This document shows positions 30,758 to 40,739 of a stretch of DNA of 64,000 nucleotides, one piece after another. Numbering within the stretch: position 1 is the stretch's first letter; each line of letters begins with the position of its first letter. The position numbers were made by a program, and so were the translations under genes. The stretch is from an uncultured bacterium (GTDB lineage Bacteria; Zixibacteria; MSB-5A5; JAABVY01; JAHJOQ01), in NCBI GenBank assembly GCA_965369655.1, contig CBDUQR010000001.1, positions 32,001 through 96,000 on the forward strand. The letters run 5' to 3'. The notes beneath the pieces are model-generated. The model saw nothing but the letters and a program-made list of their open reading frames with translations. It had not been told where the DNA came from and did no database searches.

Positions 30758-32209
30758 TTAAAATGCAACCTGGAAGTTCATCAGGAACTCATTGTTATCC
30801 ATTGACGCCTCCTGCTCGCCATTGAAATGATAGTTTAACTGTATCTTTGCATATTTTTCATCGATAAAAAGGTTTGTCCCTAGGGTAAGTCGGTCGGTAC
30901 GATTGCCAGTGATTCCCATGTAGGGATCGCGCTGTTCGTACCTGGCCAGCAACTGCATCTCCTGAAGAAAACCGAGACCAATCGCAAACGAGTGTCCTCC
31001 CCAGACATACCAGCCACTGCGTTCGACATCGCCGTGTTTGGAGTGGACGTATTCCGCTTCCACGATTTCATGGCGCCATTTCCATGTCAGCGAGCCACCA
31101 AAATCAACGAGGTCCTGCTTGAGCGAATCGACCGCGTTGGTCTTTCCTGCGTATACATTCGGCGATAGCGTAAACATGTCGAGCAGTTTGGCCTCCAGAT
31201 GCGCGACAAAGTTTTTGGTGCTGTTGACATCGGAAGTGTTGATACCAGCGCCATTGAACAGGCCGGTGGTCAGTTTCAGCGAATTCTTATTGTCAAACTT
31301 ATGTCTGAATGAGACTGTTGCGCCGACGTCACGATTCGTGCCCAGCCCTGCCGCACTCGATCTGTTGACAAACGGGGTGCTGCTCGCCGAAGTCAGGAAA
31401 TCAGTCCCAAACGGTGGCTTGTACTGTCCGATGCTGAGCGACCATTGCCGGTGAGGCGAAATAGTCACCTGGCCATCGAGCAGCTTCGGTGATTTCGCAA
31501 ACTCTGCCTGAATCTTGATTTGAGCATATTTGTTGATTTCGCCCTTCACGGCAAAACGAGCCCTTTTGGAAATAAATGACGAGGTCTGGTCAGGGCTACT
31601 CAGGAAATGCTCATGCGCCAGGCCACTGAACACGATCTTACCGTGTTTAACCGACGGATTCGGCTCAGTACCCCCGGACTTGCCTGACAGTATCTCCTCC
31701 AGCGAAGCATTAAGCTCAACCAGTCGATCGGTGAGTCTGCCTACTTCCGGATCGATCACCGGAGGCATGTAGAAACCGTCCTCATCGAGCGAGGCAAGCT
31801 GCTCCCTGGTCTCACCGGTCATTGTGCTTAGCAATCCAATCTGCGACTTGAGGTACTCAATGTCCCCAATGATCGTTAGCATATCTGATTCAGTGACCGG
31901 AACTGTAGTCTGGATGCTCGACAGACGATCGACATCGGCCCGCAACGCTTTGACCTCCAGTGCCAGTTGTGTCAGGCTGCTGTGGTCGCCCGATGGAGCC
32001 GTCCCTTCCGGCATCTGTTCAACAATGTTGCGCAATTCAGCGATCTCATGCTTTCGCGCTTCGGACTCGCTCTCGACCATCGCTTTTAGCGTGGTTTCAA
32101 GTTTGTCAACTGCATCAATGAGATTGCCGAAATCCTGAGCTGGTGCGACTGACACCATGAACAGAACCGTAAGAACTGCCGCAACCCCTGTCGCAATGCT
32201 CCCTTTCAT
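30758..32209 (-). CDS. OprO/OprP-like porin with N-terminal coiled coil
   Basis: Signal peptide, heptad-rich region, KRAR, GQYKPPFG, RDVG, terminal Phe; ATG at 32209 after GGGAG. Confidence 0.7.
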   Translation of the reverse strand: MKGSIATGVAAVLTVLFMVSVAPAQDFGNLIDAVDKLETTLKAMVESESEARKHEIAELRNIVEQMPEGTAPSGDHSSLTQLALEVKALRADVDRLSSIQTTVPVTESDMLTIIGDIEYLKSQIGLLSTMTGETREQLASLDEDGFYMPPVIDPEVGRLTDRLVELNASLEEILSGKSGGTEPNPSVKHGKIVFSGLAHEHFLSSPDQTSSFISKRARFAVKGEINKYAQIKIQAEFAKSPKLLDGQVTISPHRQWSLSIGQYKPPFGTDFLTSASSTPFVNRSSAAGLGTNRDVGATVSFRHKFDNKNSLKLTTGLFNGAGINTSDVNSTKNFVAHLEAKLLDMFTLSPNVYAGKTNAVDSLKQDLVDFGGSLTWKWRHEIVEAEYVHSKHGDVERSGWYVWGGHSFAIGLGFLQEMQLLARYEQRDPYMGITGNRTDRLTLGTNLFIDEKYAKIQLNYHFNGEQEASMDNNEFLMNFQVAF

Positions 32210-32268
32210 ACGTTCTCCCTCCTCCTCGATTGAGACCGATATTCGTGTGTCTTGTTGACCTGCATAGC

Positions 32269-32295
32269 ATATCGACAATGAAGTTTGCAACATTA
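32269..32295 (-). promoter_or_regulatory. Candidate sigma28 (FliA) promoter
   Basis: TAAT-N15-GTCGATAT versus consensus TAAA-N15-GCCGATAA, upstream of porin-MCP-cheW. Confidence 0.5.
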
Positions 32296-32383
32296 GCATT
32301 CACGACCCGCAACTCATTGAATCAGAAGAGTTTGTTGCAGTATGAAACGAAGAGGTATGCAATCTGTCAGGATTCTGAACATC

Positions 32384-32410
32384 AAAAAAAGCGGGAAGAA
32401 ATCTTCCCGC
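32384..32410 (-). terminator. Intrinsic terminator after hprK
   Basis: GCGGGAAGA-TT-TCTTCCCGC followed by T7. Confidence 0.85.
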
Positions 32411-32434
32411 CCTCAAACTGATTCTCTCACGCAA

Positions 32435-33415
32435 CTATTCGTAGTCGCTCTGAAGATATGTCTTGCTGGCAAGCTGTCGCTGAATCTTCTCCGAAAGTCT
32501 TCGAGAGAATTCGACGGCGGCGTTCTCGCCGTAGGTCTTCTGCATGTGATTCATCGCGATCACTTCGGAGATCACCGTGATATTCTTGCCCGGCGACACC
32601 GGAATTGTCACGACAGGTATCTCGACTCCAAGAAGGGTCGTGTATTTCTCTTCCATGCCGAGCCGTTCATACTTGTCTTTTGTCTCATTCCAGAGCACGA
32701 GCCGTACCTCGACCTCGACTCTCTTCTGCATTCGTATCGCTCTTATGCCGAAGAGCCGCTCGATATCTATGACTCCGATACCACGAACTTCCATGTGATG
32801 ACCGAGCAGTTCGGACGCGGACCCGACGATCAGATTCTGCGATTTCTTGACAATGTTTATCATGTCGTCTGCGACCAGACGATGGCCACGCTCGACAAGA
32901 TCAAGGGAGCATTCCGACTTACCGATCCCCGCCTTGCCTGTGTAGAGCAGTCCGACGCCGTAGACATCAACCAGAGTTCCGTGTACTGTAATGCGCGGGG
33001 CAAAGAATTCGTCCAGAAACCCTGAGAGTTGAATCACGAAGTCGGCAGTATTAAAACGAGTCTGAAGGATCGCAGTATTATTCTCAGAAGCTAACTTAAT
33101 CAACTCCGTGGGAGGGTTCAGGCCCTTTGTAATAAAGAGCACCGGAACATCAAAAGAGAAGAAATTCCTGAGAAGGCGAGTCCTTTCTTCAGAAGTGAGG
33201 CTCGCGAGAAACGCCATCTCAGTCTCGCCGAGAATCAGAGCCCGTCTGTGAGGAAACCTCTGGGTGTACCCGGCGAGCGCAAGTCCCGGTCTGTGTATGG
33301 CGGGAGTCTCGATCTTCTTCATCAAGCCGGAGCCGTTGGTGAGAAGATATAGCTCAAACTCCTCCTTATGCTCCTGGTACAGTTTTTCGACAGTGATCTC
33401 AGGCATGGGACTCAA
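32435..33415 (-). CDS. hprK: HPr kinase/phosphorylase
   Basis: HRPGLALAG, HGTLVDVYGVG, GKAGIGKSE, HRLVADD, EVRGIG. Confidence 0.96.
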   Translation of the reverse strand: MSPMPEITVEKLYQEHKEEFELYLLTNGSGLMKKIETPAIHRPGLALAGYTQRFPHRRALILGETEMAFLASLTSEERTRLLRNFFSFDVPVLFITKGLNPPTELIKLASENNTAILQTRFNTADFVIQLSGFLDEFFAPRITVHGTLVDVYGVGLLYTGKAGIGKSECSLDLVERGHRLVADDMINIVKKSQNLIVGSASELLGHHMEVRGIGVIDIERLFGIRAIRMQKRVEVEVRLVLWNETKDKYERLGMEEKYTTLLGVEIPVVTIPVSPGKNITVISEVIAMNHMQKTYGENAAVEFSRRLSEKIQRQLASKTYLQSDYE

Positions 33416-33774
33416 TAGTCAAGTGTTATGTCATCATCTGATGTCAGATCAGGGGGAGTGCTCTTCTCGGCGGAGATTTTTTTCTGCTGCTTGTCTTTGA
33501 GTTTTCCCTTGTATCTCTTCAATTGACGCTTCAGCTTATCGATACTCTCTTCGACCGAGACATACATGTCATCGGACTCACCGGTTCCGGTCAGAGTCGC
33601 TCCATAGACTTTCAGTGTCACCTCTGAGCGTTGACGGTAGCTTTCGACCTCGAGCACCACATTTCCGGAGACGATATTGTCGAAAAACCTGTTGAGTTTC
33701 TGGAGTTCATCGTTGACAAACGTCCTCAACTCGGGACTCAAATCGAAGTGTCTGGCGGTAATTGAAACCTTCAT
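33412..33774 (-). CDS. hpf: Ribosome hibernation promoting factor (HPF/RaiA)
   Basis: ITARHFDLS, DMYVSV..DKLKRQLKRYKGK; downstream of rpoN. Confidence 0.92.
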   Translation of the reverse strand: MKVSITARHFDLSPELRTFVNDELQKLNRFFDNIVSGNVVLEVESYRQRSEVTLKVYGATLTGTGESDDMYVSVEESIDKLKRQLKRYKGKLKDKQQKKISAEKSTPPDLTSDDDITLDY

Positions 33775-34102
33775 GTCAAACTCCTTTCGGGGACATGTTT
33801 GCGTTCAGGTTGAGATGCAAAACCGCTGCTATCTCCACCCACAGCCGTGCAAGAGGATTTTACCGGTTTGAACCTCATGAAGTTGCCAACATCTGAAAAA
33901 CGCATACCGAAACCGATCAGGTAGGCAAAAAACCGCGACGAATCCTGCGAAATAGTAGATCCGACACCACAATAGCCAACTGCAGCAAGGCAGCACAACT
34001 GGTTCTCGAAATTATGCGCTTCTGAACATGGGCAAGCGAGGTAAGCTTCAGTTTTGACTTTCCTCATTCCAGTAATCAAGAAAACCCACTACTCCCGGGA
34101 AG

Positions 34103-35518
34103 TCAACTACTATCTTTGACCACACGCTTTCTGAAGCGCGCGGGAAGAATCTTCAGTTCCTCGCGGTATTTGGTCACGGTCCTGCGGGCAATACTGATGC
34201 CCTCAGTTTTCAACTGCCTATGGATATCCTGATCGGAGAATGGCGACGCCGGGTCCTCGGACTTGATTATATCTTCGAGTTTCTGCTTGACCCGCCGCTT
34301 GACCAACTGTTCGCCGCCCTCCATGGGAAGACCCGTGTTGAAGAAATACTTGATTTCATAGACTCCCAGCGGCGTCTGGACATACTTACCGCTGGAGACG
34401 CGCGATATCGTGGCGACATTCATGCTGACCTTCTCGGCGATATCCTCCATAATAAGCGGTTTCAGGTAGTCAGGACCCTTCTCGAAAAACTCCAACTGTG
34501 AATCCACGATCGCGGTCATCACCCTTATCATCGTGGTACGGCGCTGATTAACCGAATTCAGGAGCCATCTCGCCTGCTCGAGCTTCTCCCTGATGTACTT
34601 CTTCGTCTCGGAAGGCGTCGCGTTGCCCCGCTTCAAAAGAGACCTGTATGACGAGTTTATACGAAGCCGTGGAGTATTCTTGTCGTTGTGGAAAACGATA
34701 TACTCGTCACCCACTTTTTCCACAATCAGATCCGGAACGATCGGAATCGCCGCCGGATCGAACCTGCCCGTAGTCGGCTTCGGAGACAGGGTCTTGACCA
34801 AATCCATCGCTTCCTGGACTCGTTCGAGCGTGGAGCCGGTCGCCTTCGATAATTGCAGGTGGCTTTTCCTGTCGAGAGATTCAAAACACTCGTCTATGAT
34901 TCGATATGCCAGCGAGTCCTCGTGCCCCTTCTCCCTGAGCTGTATCAGCAGCGACTCCTGCAGATTCTGCGCACCGACACCAACAGGATCAAACTTCTTT
35001 ATCTGCCGGAGCATGCTCTCCACACTCTCGCGATCGACCTTGAGCATCTCGGCGATCTCATCGACAGAACATGTCAGGTAACCGCTTTCATCGATATTTC
35101 CTATTATGAACTCTCCAAGGGACAGTTCCTCCCTGGAGAGTTTCAGAAAGCCAAGTTGTTCGAGAAGGTGCTCGTAGAGTGTCCTGTCGGTTGCAGGAGT
35201 CTCTCTCCAGCGATCCTCGACATGCTCTCGCATTCTCCGGAATGTGTAGTCGTCGGCATCGTCGCCCAGATAGTAGTCCCAGTCGATCTTATCCATCTTC
35301 GGATCGAGCTTCGGATCATCGGTCGATACTGTCGGGCTCTCCACCTCATCATCCAGTAGATTCTCTACAGTCTCGATCTCTTCGAGCAGCGGATTGATCG
35401 AGAGTTCCTGGCGAAGCTTCTGTTCGAGCCTGAGGACCGGCATCTGCAGCATCTTCAGCGACTGAATGAGCTGCGGAGCCAGAGTCTGCCTGAGTTTAAG
35501 CTGAAGTTCAAGTCTCAC
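34103..35518 (-). CDS. rpoN: RNA polymerase sigma-54 factor
   Basis: PQLIQSLKMLQMP, ATISRV, RpoN box ARRTVTKYRE. Confidence 0.97.
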   Translation of the reverse strand: MRLELQLKLRQTLAPQLIQSLKMLQMPVLRLEQKLRQELSINPLLEEIETVENLLDDEVESPTVSTDDPKLDPKMDKIDWDYYLGDDADDYTFRRMREHVEDRWRETPATDRTLYEHLLEQLGFLKLSREELSLGEFIIGNIDESGYLTCSVDEIAEMLKVDRESVESMLRQIKKFDPVGVGAQNLQESLLIQLREKGHEDSLAYRIIDECFESLDRKSHLQLSKATGSTLERVQEAMDLVKTLSPKPTTGRFDPAAIPIVPDLIVEKVGDEYIVFHNDKNTPRLRINSSYRSLLKRGNATPSETKKYIREKLEQARWLLNSVNQRRTTMIRVMTAIVDSQLEFFEKGPDYLKPLIMEDIAEKVSMNVATISRVSSGKYVQTPLGVYEIKYFFNTGLPMEGGEQLVKRRVKQKLEDIIKSEDPASPFSDQDIHRQLKTEGISIARRTVTKYREELKILPARFRKRVVKDSS

Positions 35519-35599
35519 TGCAATACCTTGTTACACAATAGGATGCAAAACCCTTGCGAAATTTGACTGTTCATATAGTCTATCGGTCATTCTCCGAAT

Positions 35600-36325
35600 T
35601 CAGTTTAATCGGAACTTCTCCCCAAGGTATATTTTTCGTGCTTCAGGATCATTCGCAAGATACTCAGACGTTCCAGCCTTCAGTATCCTGCCTTCACACA
35701 TAATATAGGCCCTGTCAGTTATGGAGAGCGTCTCCCTCACATTGTGATCCGTGATAAGAATGCCGAGCTTCTCATCTCTGAGCGCCGCGATAATCCCTTG
35801 AATGTCCTCGACAGCAATCGGGTCTATGCCCGCAAACGGTTCATCCAGGAGCAGGAAATCAGGCTCCATGACCAGCGCGCGCGCGATCTCCACTCTTCGA
35901 CGTTCACCCCCCGACAATGTATAGGCATAACTCCGGCGAAGTCTTGCGATATCGAGTTGTTCGAGCAGAGAATCCAGGCGCGATTTCCTGTCTGCCCTGC
36001 TCATGGGTCGCATCTGCAGAATCGTCTTCAGGTTGTCCTCCACAGTCATTTTCCTGAAAACCGACGGTTCCTGAGCAAGGTATCCAATTCCGCGCCGCGC
36101 ACGCTTGTACATTGGCAAACCTGTCAGGTCGTAGTCGTCGATCTTGACCCGTCCCCGCCTGGGCTGGAGGAATCCGATAATCATATAGAATGTCGTGGTC
36201 TTGCCGGCGCCATTTGGACCGAGCAACCCCACAATCTCACCGCTGTCAACCTCGATTGAGACCTCGTCGACGACCTTCCGCCCCTTGAAGACCTTTATGA
36301 GTCCTTCTGAATAGAGTCTGCTCAT
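35600..36325 (-). CDS. lptB: LPS export ABC ATPase
   Basis: [46 protein letters not shown]. Confidence 0.96.
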   Translation of the reverse strand: MSRLYSEGLIKVFKGRKVVDEVSIEVDSGEIVGLLGPNGAGKTTTFYMIIGFLQPRRGRVKIDDYDLTGLPMYKRARRGIGYLAQEPSVFRKMTVEDNLKTILQMRPMSRADRKSRLDSLLEQLDIARLRRSYAYTLSGGERRRVEIARALVMEPDFLLLDEPFAGIDPIAVEDIQGIIAALRDEKLGILITDHNVRETLSITDRAYIMCEGRILKAGTSEYLANDPEARKIYLGEKFRLN

Positions 36326-36495
36326 AGCACTCGGCAATGCGTGTAAGTCATTGCTGCATCACAGGATTATCGCAATACAGCACGTTCTGTCTCTCGGAGA
36401 CAATGCGCTCACGCGACAACAATTTTACTAATAATCAATATACGCTTTGCTGGAATTGTCCGCAAGGCATAAATTTTGCACCGCGCGCGAGGATG

Positions 36496-37059
36496 TCACT
36501 TCCGCTTGACGCTCTCTACGTCCTCGAATACTGCCTTTACGTCTCTCTTGATCCTGAAATTGGTGAGCCTGCTATCCGACTCCAGGCCGTAGCCGGTCTG
36601 CACATTGCCTTTTTGCGTGATCCTGACGAATGACTCAGTCATAATTCGATTGCTTTTCTGGTCCCAGTAGAGGCTGTCGGCCTCGAGTTTTATCCCTTCT
36701 TTGGAGGTTACAACTACGTCGCCCCAGGCCTTGAGTTCACGCGTCTTCTCCCTGACTATTCCGGAGTCGGAGATCAGGGTCGAGGAGACGACTCCGAGCG
36801 AGTCGTAGAATGTTGCCACGATCTCCGCCATTACGGTACTGTCGATACTGATGTACTTCTCGAGATGAGCGGAATGGACCAGCACCTCTTTGACGCCGCG
36901 ATTTGACAGGAGTATATCTGAATTGGTCAGAATCTGATCCGGTAGATTAGAATCTGATACGTCGTCCGGCTGTCTGCTGCCCTCATGCGCTCGGTCGGAA
37001 CAGGAGAGGACAAGCAGCACAATCGCGAATATGAACAAGCGATCGAGTTTCATCGGCAT
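36496..37059 (-). CDS. lptC: LPS export periplasmic protein LptC
   Basis: Lipoprotein-like N-terminus, GDVVV, LEADSLYWD, GYGLESD; adjacent to lptB. Confidence 0.8.
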   Translation of the reverse strand: MPMKLDRLFIFAIVLLVLSCSDRAHEGSRQPDDVSDSNLPDQILTNSDILLSNRGVKEVLVHSAHLEKYISIDSTVMAEIVATFYDSLGVVSSTLISDSGIVREKTRELKAWGDVVVTSKEGIKLEADSLYWDQKSNRIMTESFVRITQKGNVQTGYGLESDSRLTNFRIKRDVKAVFEDVESVKRK

Positions 37060-37069
37060 TCCTGTGTCT

Positions 37070-37098
37070 ATTATACTATCGGCGGGGAGCAAGTTCAA
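37070..37098 (-). promoter_or_regulatory. sigma70-type promoter for lptC
   Basis: TTGAAC-N17-TATAAT, 10 nt before the ATG. Confidence 0.55.
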
Positions 37099-37378
37099 TA
37101 CAAATTGAAAACCCTGACACCGATAATGCGAAACAGACAGGGCGGGTTGTCCCCTGCCCATTATCGTAAACTCAAGCGTACCCATTGACGATACCGGTCA
37201 GTCTTCCATGCTGAGTTCGTTGAAATCAAACCAGTATCCACTGCCGGTCAGATAGTCGAGTTCGGCCTTAACAATGCTGTCGTCGGCATATGTGGTAGGT
37301 CACACGAATCCGTTTACGCGGATTCGCAAGACCTTCCAGGACAGTGTAACGGATTGAACTAATGAGTCAGACAAAGCT

Positions 37379-38620
37379 TCATACCACCCTGAAACCAGCC
37401 TCCACGACCGCATGACGAAGCGTGGAAAGATTGAGGTTATCGCCATATACTGTGGCAGATTTGCCTATGAGATCGACATCGACTGATTCGACACCATCGC
37501 ACGAAGACAAGGCTTTTTCCACGTTTGCTGCACAGTGGTTGCATGTCATGCCGTTGATCTTGAGAATTTCAGAGGGGCGAGATGTAGCATCCAATGATCT
37601 TCTCCTTCGCAATATATAGGGCTGGACGACCGCGTTCAGCAATATCCCAAGCAGCAGTATCGAACTGGTAGTTCCGACCCAGTCGGGAAACATCGAGTGC
37701 TCGGTGTAGAAATGCGACCCCGAAAATCCTGATATGATTGAATCGAGAGCGAGTCCGGATCCGAGGGCTGCGAGTGCAACCGTGCCCAGATAGATCAGGG
37801 TGGAACGCCTGCCGAGCACATTCCACAATGTCGTAATGGCTGCAATATTCGTCGCAGGGCCAGCTACGAGGAATACAAGCGCAGCTCCGGGAGAGATTCC
37901 CTTGATTATCAGAGCGGCAGCCACCGGAACCGAGGCGGTAGCGCAAATATAAATCGGAATGCCGACAAGTATCATCACGAGCATCGAGCCAATCCCTGCG
38001 CCAAGCAAACCCATGAAGAAGTCGTCCGGGATCATCGCGGTGATCAGCCCCGCAACGATCAACCCAATCAGCAGGCCACGTCCGATATCCTGCGGCAGAG
38101 ATATGAATCCATACTTCAGGGCGCGACTGATCCTGTTCGACTCAGGCGTGTCTCCAGTCGATACAGTCTCAATGACCGGCAGATGGCTGTGATGCTCGTC
38201 TTTTTCTCCGAGCGATTCGACAAGCTGGCCTCCGACCAGTCCTGTCACCAGCGCAGCAAGCGGACGAAACACAGCGAACACCGGGCCGAGAAGGCTCAGT
38301 GTTACCATCACGCTGTCGATACCGGTCTGAGGCGTCGAGAGCAGGAACGATGCTGTCGCACCGCGACTCGCGCCGTTTCGTCGAAGCGATGCGGCAACAG
38401 GAATCACGCCGCACGAGCAGAGCGGCAGCGGCACACCGAGGATTGAAGCCTTGAAAATCGGCCAGATGCCCCGCCCGCCGAGATGTCTCTCGACGAGACG
38501 CGTGGAAATCATGACCGAGAGAATACCGGCGACCAGAAAACCGAACAGGAGATACGGAGCCATCTCGGACAGGACGTCCCAGAAACCAATCACGATCTCC
38601 TGAACATAATCAACCAGCAC
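37379..38620 (-). CDS. DUF318/SO_0444-type permease with C-terminal HMA domain
   Basis: PLPLCSCGVIP, STPQTG, YICATASVP, GPATN; GMTCNHC HMA motif. Confidence 0.88.
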   Translation of the reverse strand: MLVDYVQEIVIGFWDVLSEMAPYLLFGFLVAGILSVMISTRLVERHLGGRGIWPIFKASILGVPLPLCSCGVIPVAASLRRNGASRGATASFLLSTPQTGIDSVMVTLSLLGPVFAVFRPLAALVTGLVGGQLVESLGEKDEHHSHLPVIETVSTGDTPESNRISRALKYGFISLPQDIGRGLLIGLIVAGLITAMIPDDFFMGLLGAGIGSMLVMILVGIPIYICATASVPVAAALIIKGISPGAALVFLVAGPATNIAAITTLWNVLGRRSTLIYLGTVALAALGSGLALDSIISGFSGSHFYTEHSMFPDWVGTTSSILLLGILLNAVVQPYILRRRRSLDATSRPSEILKINGMTCNHCAANVEKALSSCDGVESVDVDLIGKSATVYGDNLNLSTLRHAVVEAGFRVV

Positions 38621-38622
38621 TA

Positions 38623-38793
38623 TCAGTTTCCTCCACTCAAATGGTCGGTTACATTCGCGCCGAACTCCATGCCGAGCCTCGTCAGTGCGAAGTCATATTT
38701 CGTCGGATCGGGATGTATACGAACGCGCCGGTTGTGCTTGCGATACAGCTTTTCAAGCCACTCTCTGCCGACTCTTTGTTCAGTCTCAAGCAT
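38623..38793 (-). pseudogene. Internally deleted TIGR02757/DUF2400-like remnant
   Basis: N-terminal LEKLYRKHNR..IHPDP joined directly to C-terminal DPTKYDFALTRLG. Confidence 0.6.
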
Positions 38794-38959
38794 TGTCAAT
38801 GTATCGCCTTTCTCGATCCTTGCCGTCATCCTGACAAACCGAAGGGCAATCAGGATATTTTCTATAGTATATACGAACAGACCTTAGGCAAGTCAAATTC
38901 CACTGAGATTCTCTGACTGTTCAGGCTGATTTTGCGCCGAAGACGTGTGATTTGCTTGG

Positions 38960-39007
38960 CTGAACGTGTCAGGTCACACCCGTGCTTCGCACGTTCAGAC
39001 CTGACAC
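38960..39007. repeat. REP-like palindrome
   Basis: GTGTCAGGTC/GACCTGACAC arms with an inner CGTG-CTTCG-CACG hairpin. Confidence 0.55.
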
Positions 39008-39130
39008 AACCCCACATACTGCACTGAGATATTGCCTTATCATAGCAATTGTCGTATATAAAAAACGGAACAGATAGTTACACAGCCAGTATTTGCATCT
39101 TGTCCAGCAACCATTTCCGCGAGGTTACCA

Positions 39131-39739
39131 ATGATTCAAAAGCGAAACAAGACCATGATCCTCAGAATCTCGTTGCTCGATATCAAGCCAGAGGTTTGGA
39201 GAGAGATCGAAGTTCCAGCAACCTACAGTTTCTGGGATCTTCATGTTGCGATTCAGGATGCGATGGGTTGGCTCGATTGCCACTTACATATGTTCATTGT
39301 TCATAATCCAAAGACTAGAGAAATGGACGAGATTGGAATCCCCGATGAAGGTGAATTCCTGAATAGTCCTCCAATTCTACCAGGATGGGAGACAAGTATT
39401 GCAGACTATTTCATAGAACCAAGTGATCAAACCTCCTACGAATATGATTTCGGTGATGGCTGGGAACACATCATAACGTTAGCAAGCATGGGAGAAAGTA
39501 AGACAGAAACAGAGTACCCCAGGTGTTTGAAAGGTGAGCGTTCGTGTCCACCTGAGGATTGTGGCGGAGTCGGGGGATACGAGAGACTGCTGGAGATCAT
39601 TCAAGATCCGAAGCATGAGGAATATGAGAGCATGATGGATTGGTTGGACGGCGGGTTTGATCCAGACGGATTTGACCCAGATTCGGTCTCTTTTGATAAC
39701 CCAAAAGAGCGATGGGAATTCACCTTTCTTGAAAGGTAG
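39131..39739 (+). CDS. Plasmid pRiA4b ORF-3 family protein
   Basis: VWREIEVP..DLHVAIQDAMGW..HLHMF, YEYDFGDGWEH, CPPEDCGG. Confidence 0.9.
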   Translation: MIQKRNKTMILRISLLDIKPEVWREIEVPATYSFWDLHVAIQDAMGWLDCHLHMFIVHNPKTREMDEIGIPDEGEFLNSPPILPGWETSIADYFIEPSDQTSYEYDFGDGWEHIITLASMGESKTETEYPRCLKGERSCPPEDCGGVGGYERLLEIIQDPKHEEYESMMDWLDGGFDPDGFDPDSVSFDNPKERWEFTFLER

Positions 39740-39769
39740 ATCGTAGAGTAGGAGCCCTGCCATTCCGGC

Positions 39770-40675
39770 TTATATCAACATCCCCTCGTCCCAGCCAATC
39801 TTCACGAGATCGATCTTTTCGGGATCGGCGATGCCGAGATGGTGTTTTGTCTCCGCGAATCGGACATGATGCGGTGTTGGTTTGAGGGGATTGTCCTCAC
39901 CGAAATAGTCAAGGCGTTTCGCATGAAGCAATCTCAGACCGACCGAATCCGCTGCGACAGGATCGCGACTGACGATGATTCCATTGTATGGCCAGGTATA
40001 CTTCTTGTCGAAATGGTGTGCGCCGATTCCGTGAAACAGTGGCGTGAGCACGACAAGTATATTCAGCCGCGTCTTGCCTTTCGTGACCGGCAGATCCCAG
40101 AGTTTGGCGAGATCAGCGCAGTAGTTGTCGTGGTATGTCCACGGCTCCGGCGTGAACATGACATAATTCTTGATGCAGCTCCCAATCCCGGACCAGTGGT
40201 GCGTCCTGAGCGGGCGGATATTGATAAGTGCAGTCGAATTCCTGAATACCTTGCTGTGAAGCACCGCTCTGTCATCGATATCGATCTTGTCTTTGCTGAC
40301 GCCGATATCCATGACACGATTCCTGATCGCATTCTCGAATTCGACAGGCGTCGGCAGCGGTCCCCATTCGTTGCTCTTGACCCCGACGATGTCATCAGGT
40401 TGGATAATCTGCTTCCATGCATCGATCGGTTTCTCGGCATCGAATAGAATACTCACAGCATCATCGAGCATCTCGACCGCGATCTTTGCGTTCACATTGC
40501 CGTCAGCATCGATGATGTCTTTGTGCCTGACAAGGACAACTCTTGTCTTCTCGACTGGACTCTCATCATCGGCGATCAGATGCAACGGTAAAGCCACACC
40601 TAACGCTGCGCATGCAGCACCACGCATAAAATCACGACGAGTGATGGATGAGTTCTTATCGTTCATATTCAGCAC
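39770..40675 (-). CDS. Tat-exported DUF362 domain protein
   Basis: TRRDF twin-arginine signal; VGVKSN, RTHHWSG..CIKN, DPVAAD. Confidence 0.75.
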   Translation of the reverse strand: MLNMNDKNSSITRRDFMRGAACAALGVALPLHLIADDESPVEKTRVVLVRHKDIIDADGNVNAKIAVEMLDDAVSILFDAEKPIDAWKQIIQPDDIVGVKSNEWGPLPTPVEFENAIRNRVMDIGVSKDKIDIDDRAVLHSKVFRNSTALINIRPLRTHHWSGIGSCIKNYVMFTPEPWTYHDNYCADLAKLWDLPVTKGKTRLNILVVLTPLFHGIGAHHFDKKYTWPYNGIIVSRDPVAADSVGLRLLHAKRLDYFGEDNPLKPTPHHVRFAETKHHLGIADPEKIDLVKIGWDEGMLI

Positions 40676-40699
40676 ATCTGCATTCTACTGTTCATCACT

Positions 40700-40735
40700 A
40701 ACCCACCCGACGCTTCGCTCTGGGTGGGCTACCGA
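40700..40735 (-). repeat. GTAG-type REP hairpin containing copy A of an 18-bp direct repeat
   Basis: Minus strand TCGGTAGCCCACCCAGAGCGAAGCGTCGGGTGGGTT. Confidence 0.8.
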
Positions 40736-40739
40736 CTGC

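Noticed and set aside
33775-34102. raiA-motif RNA, sigma54 promoter or the 102-aa ORF upstream of hpf
   Set aside because: No recognisable raiA-motif sequence; best -24/-12 candidate (TAGCAGC-N4-TTGCA) lacks the GG; the ORF looks non-coding.
40700-40735. Integron attC site
   Set aside because: CACTAAC is present at one end, but the other end is GGCTAC rather than GTTRRRY and no intI is seen; a GTAG REP fits better.
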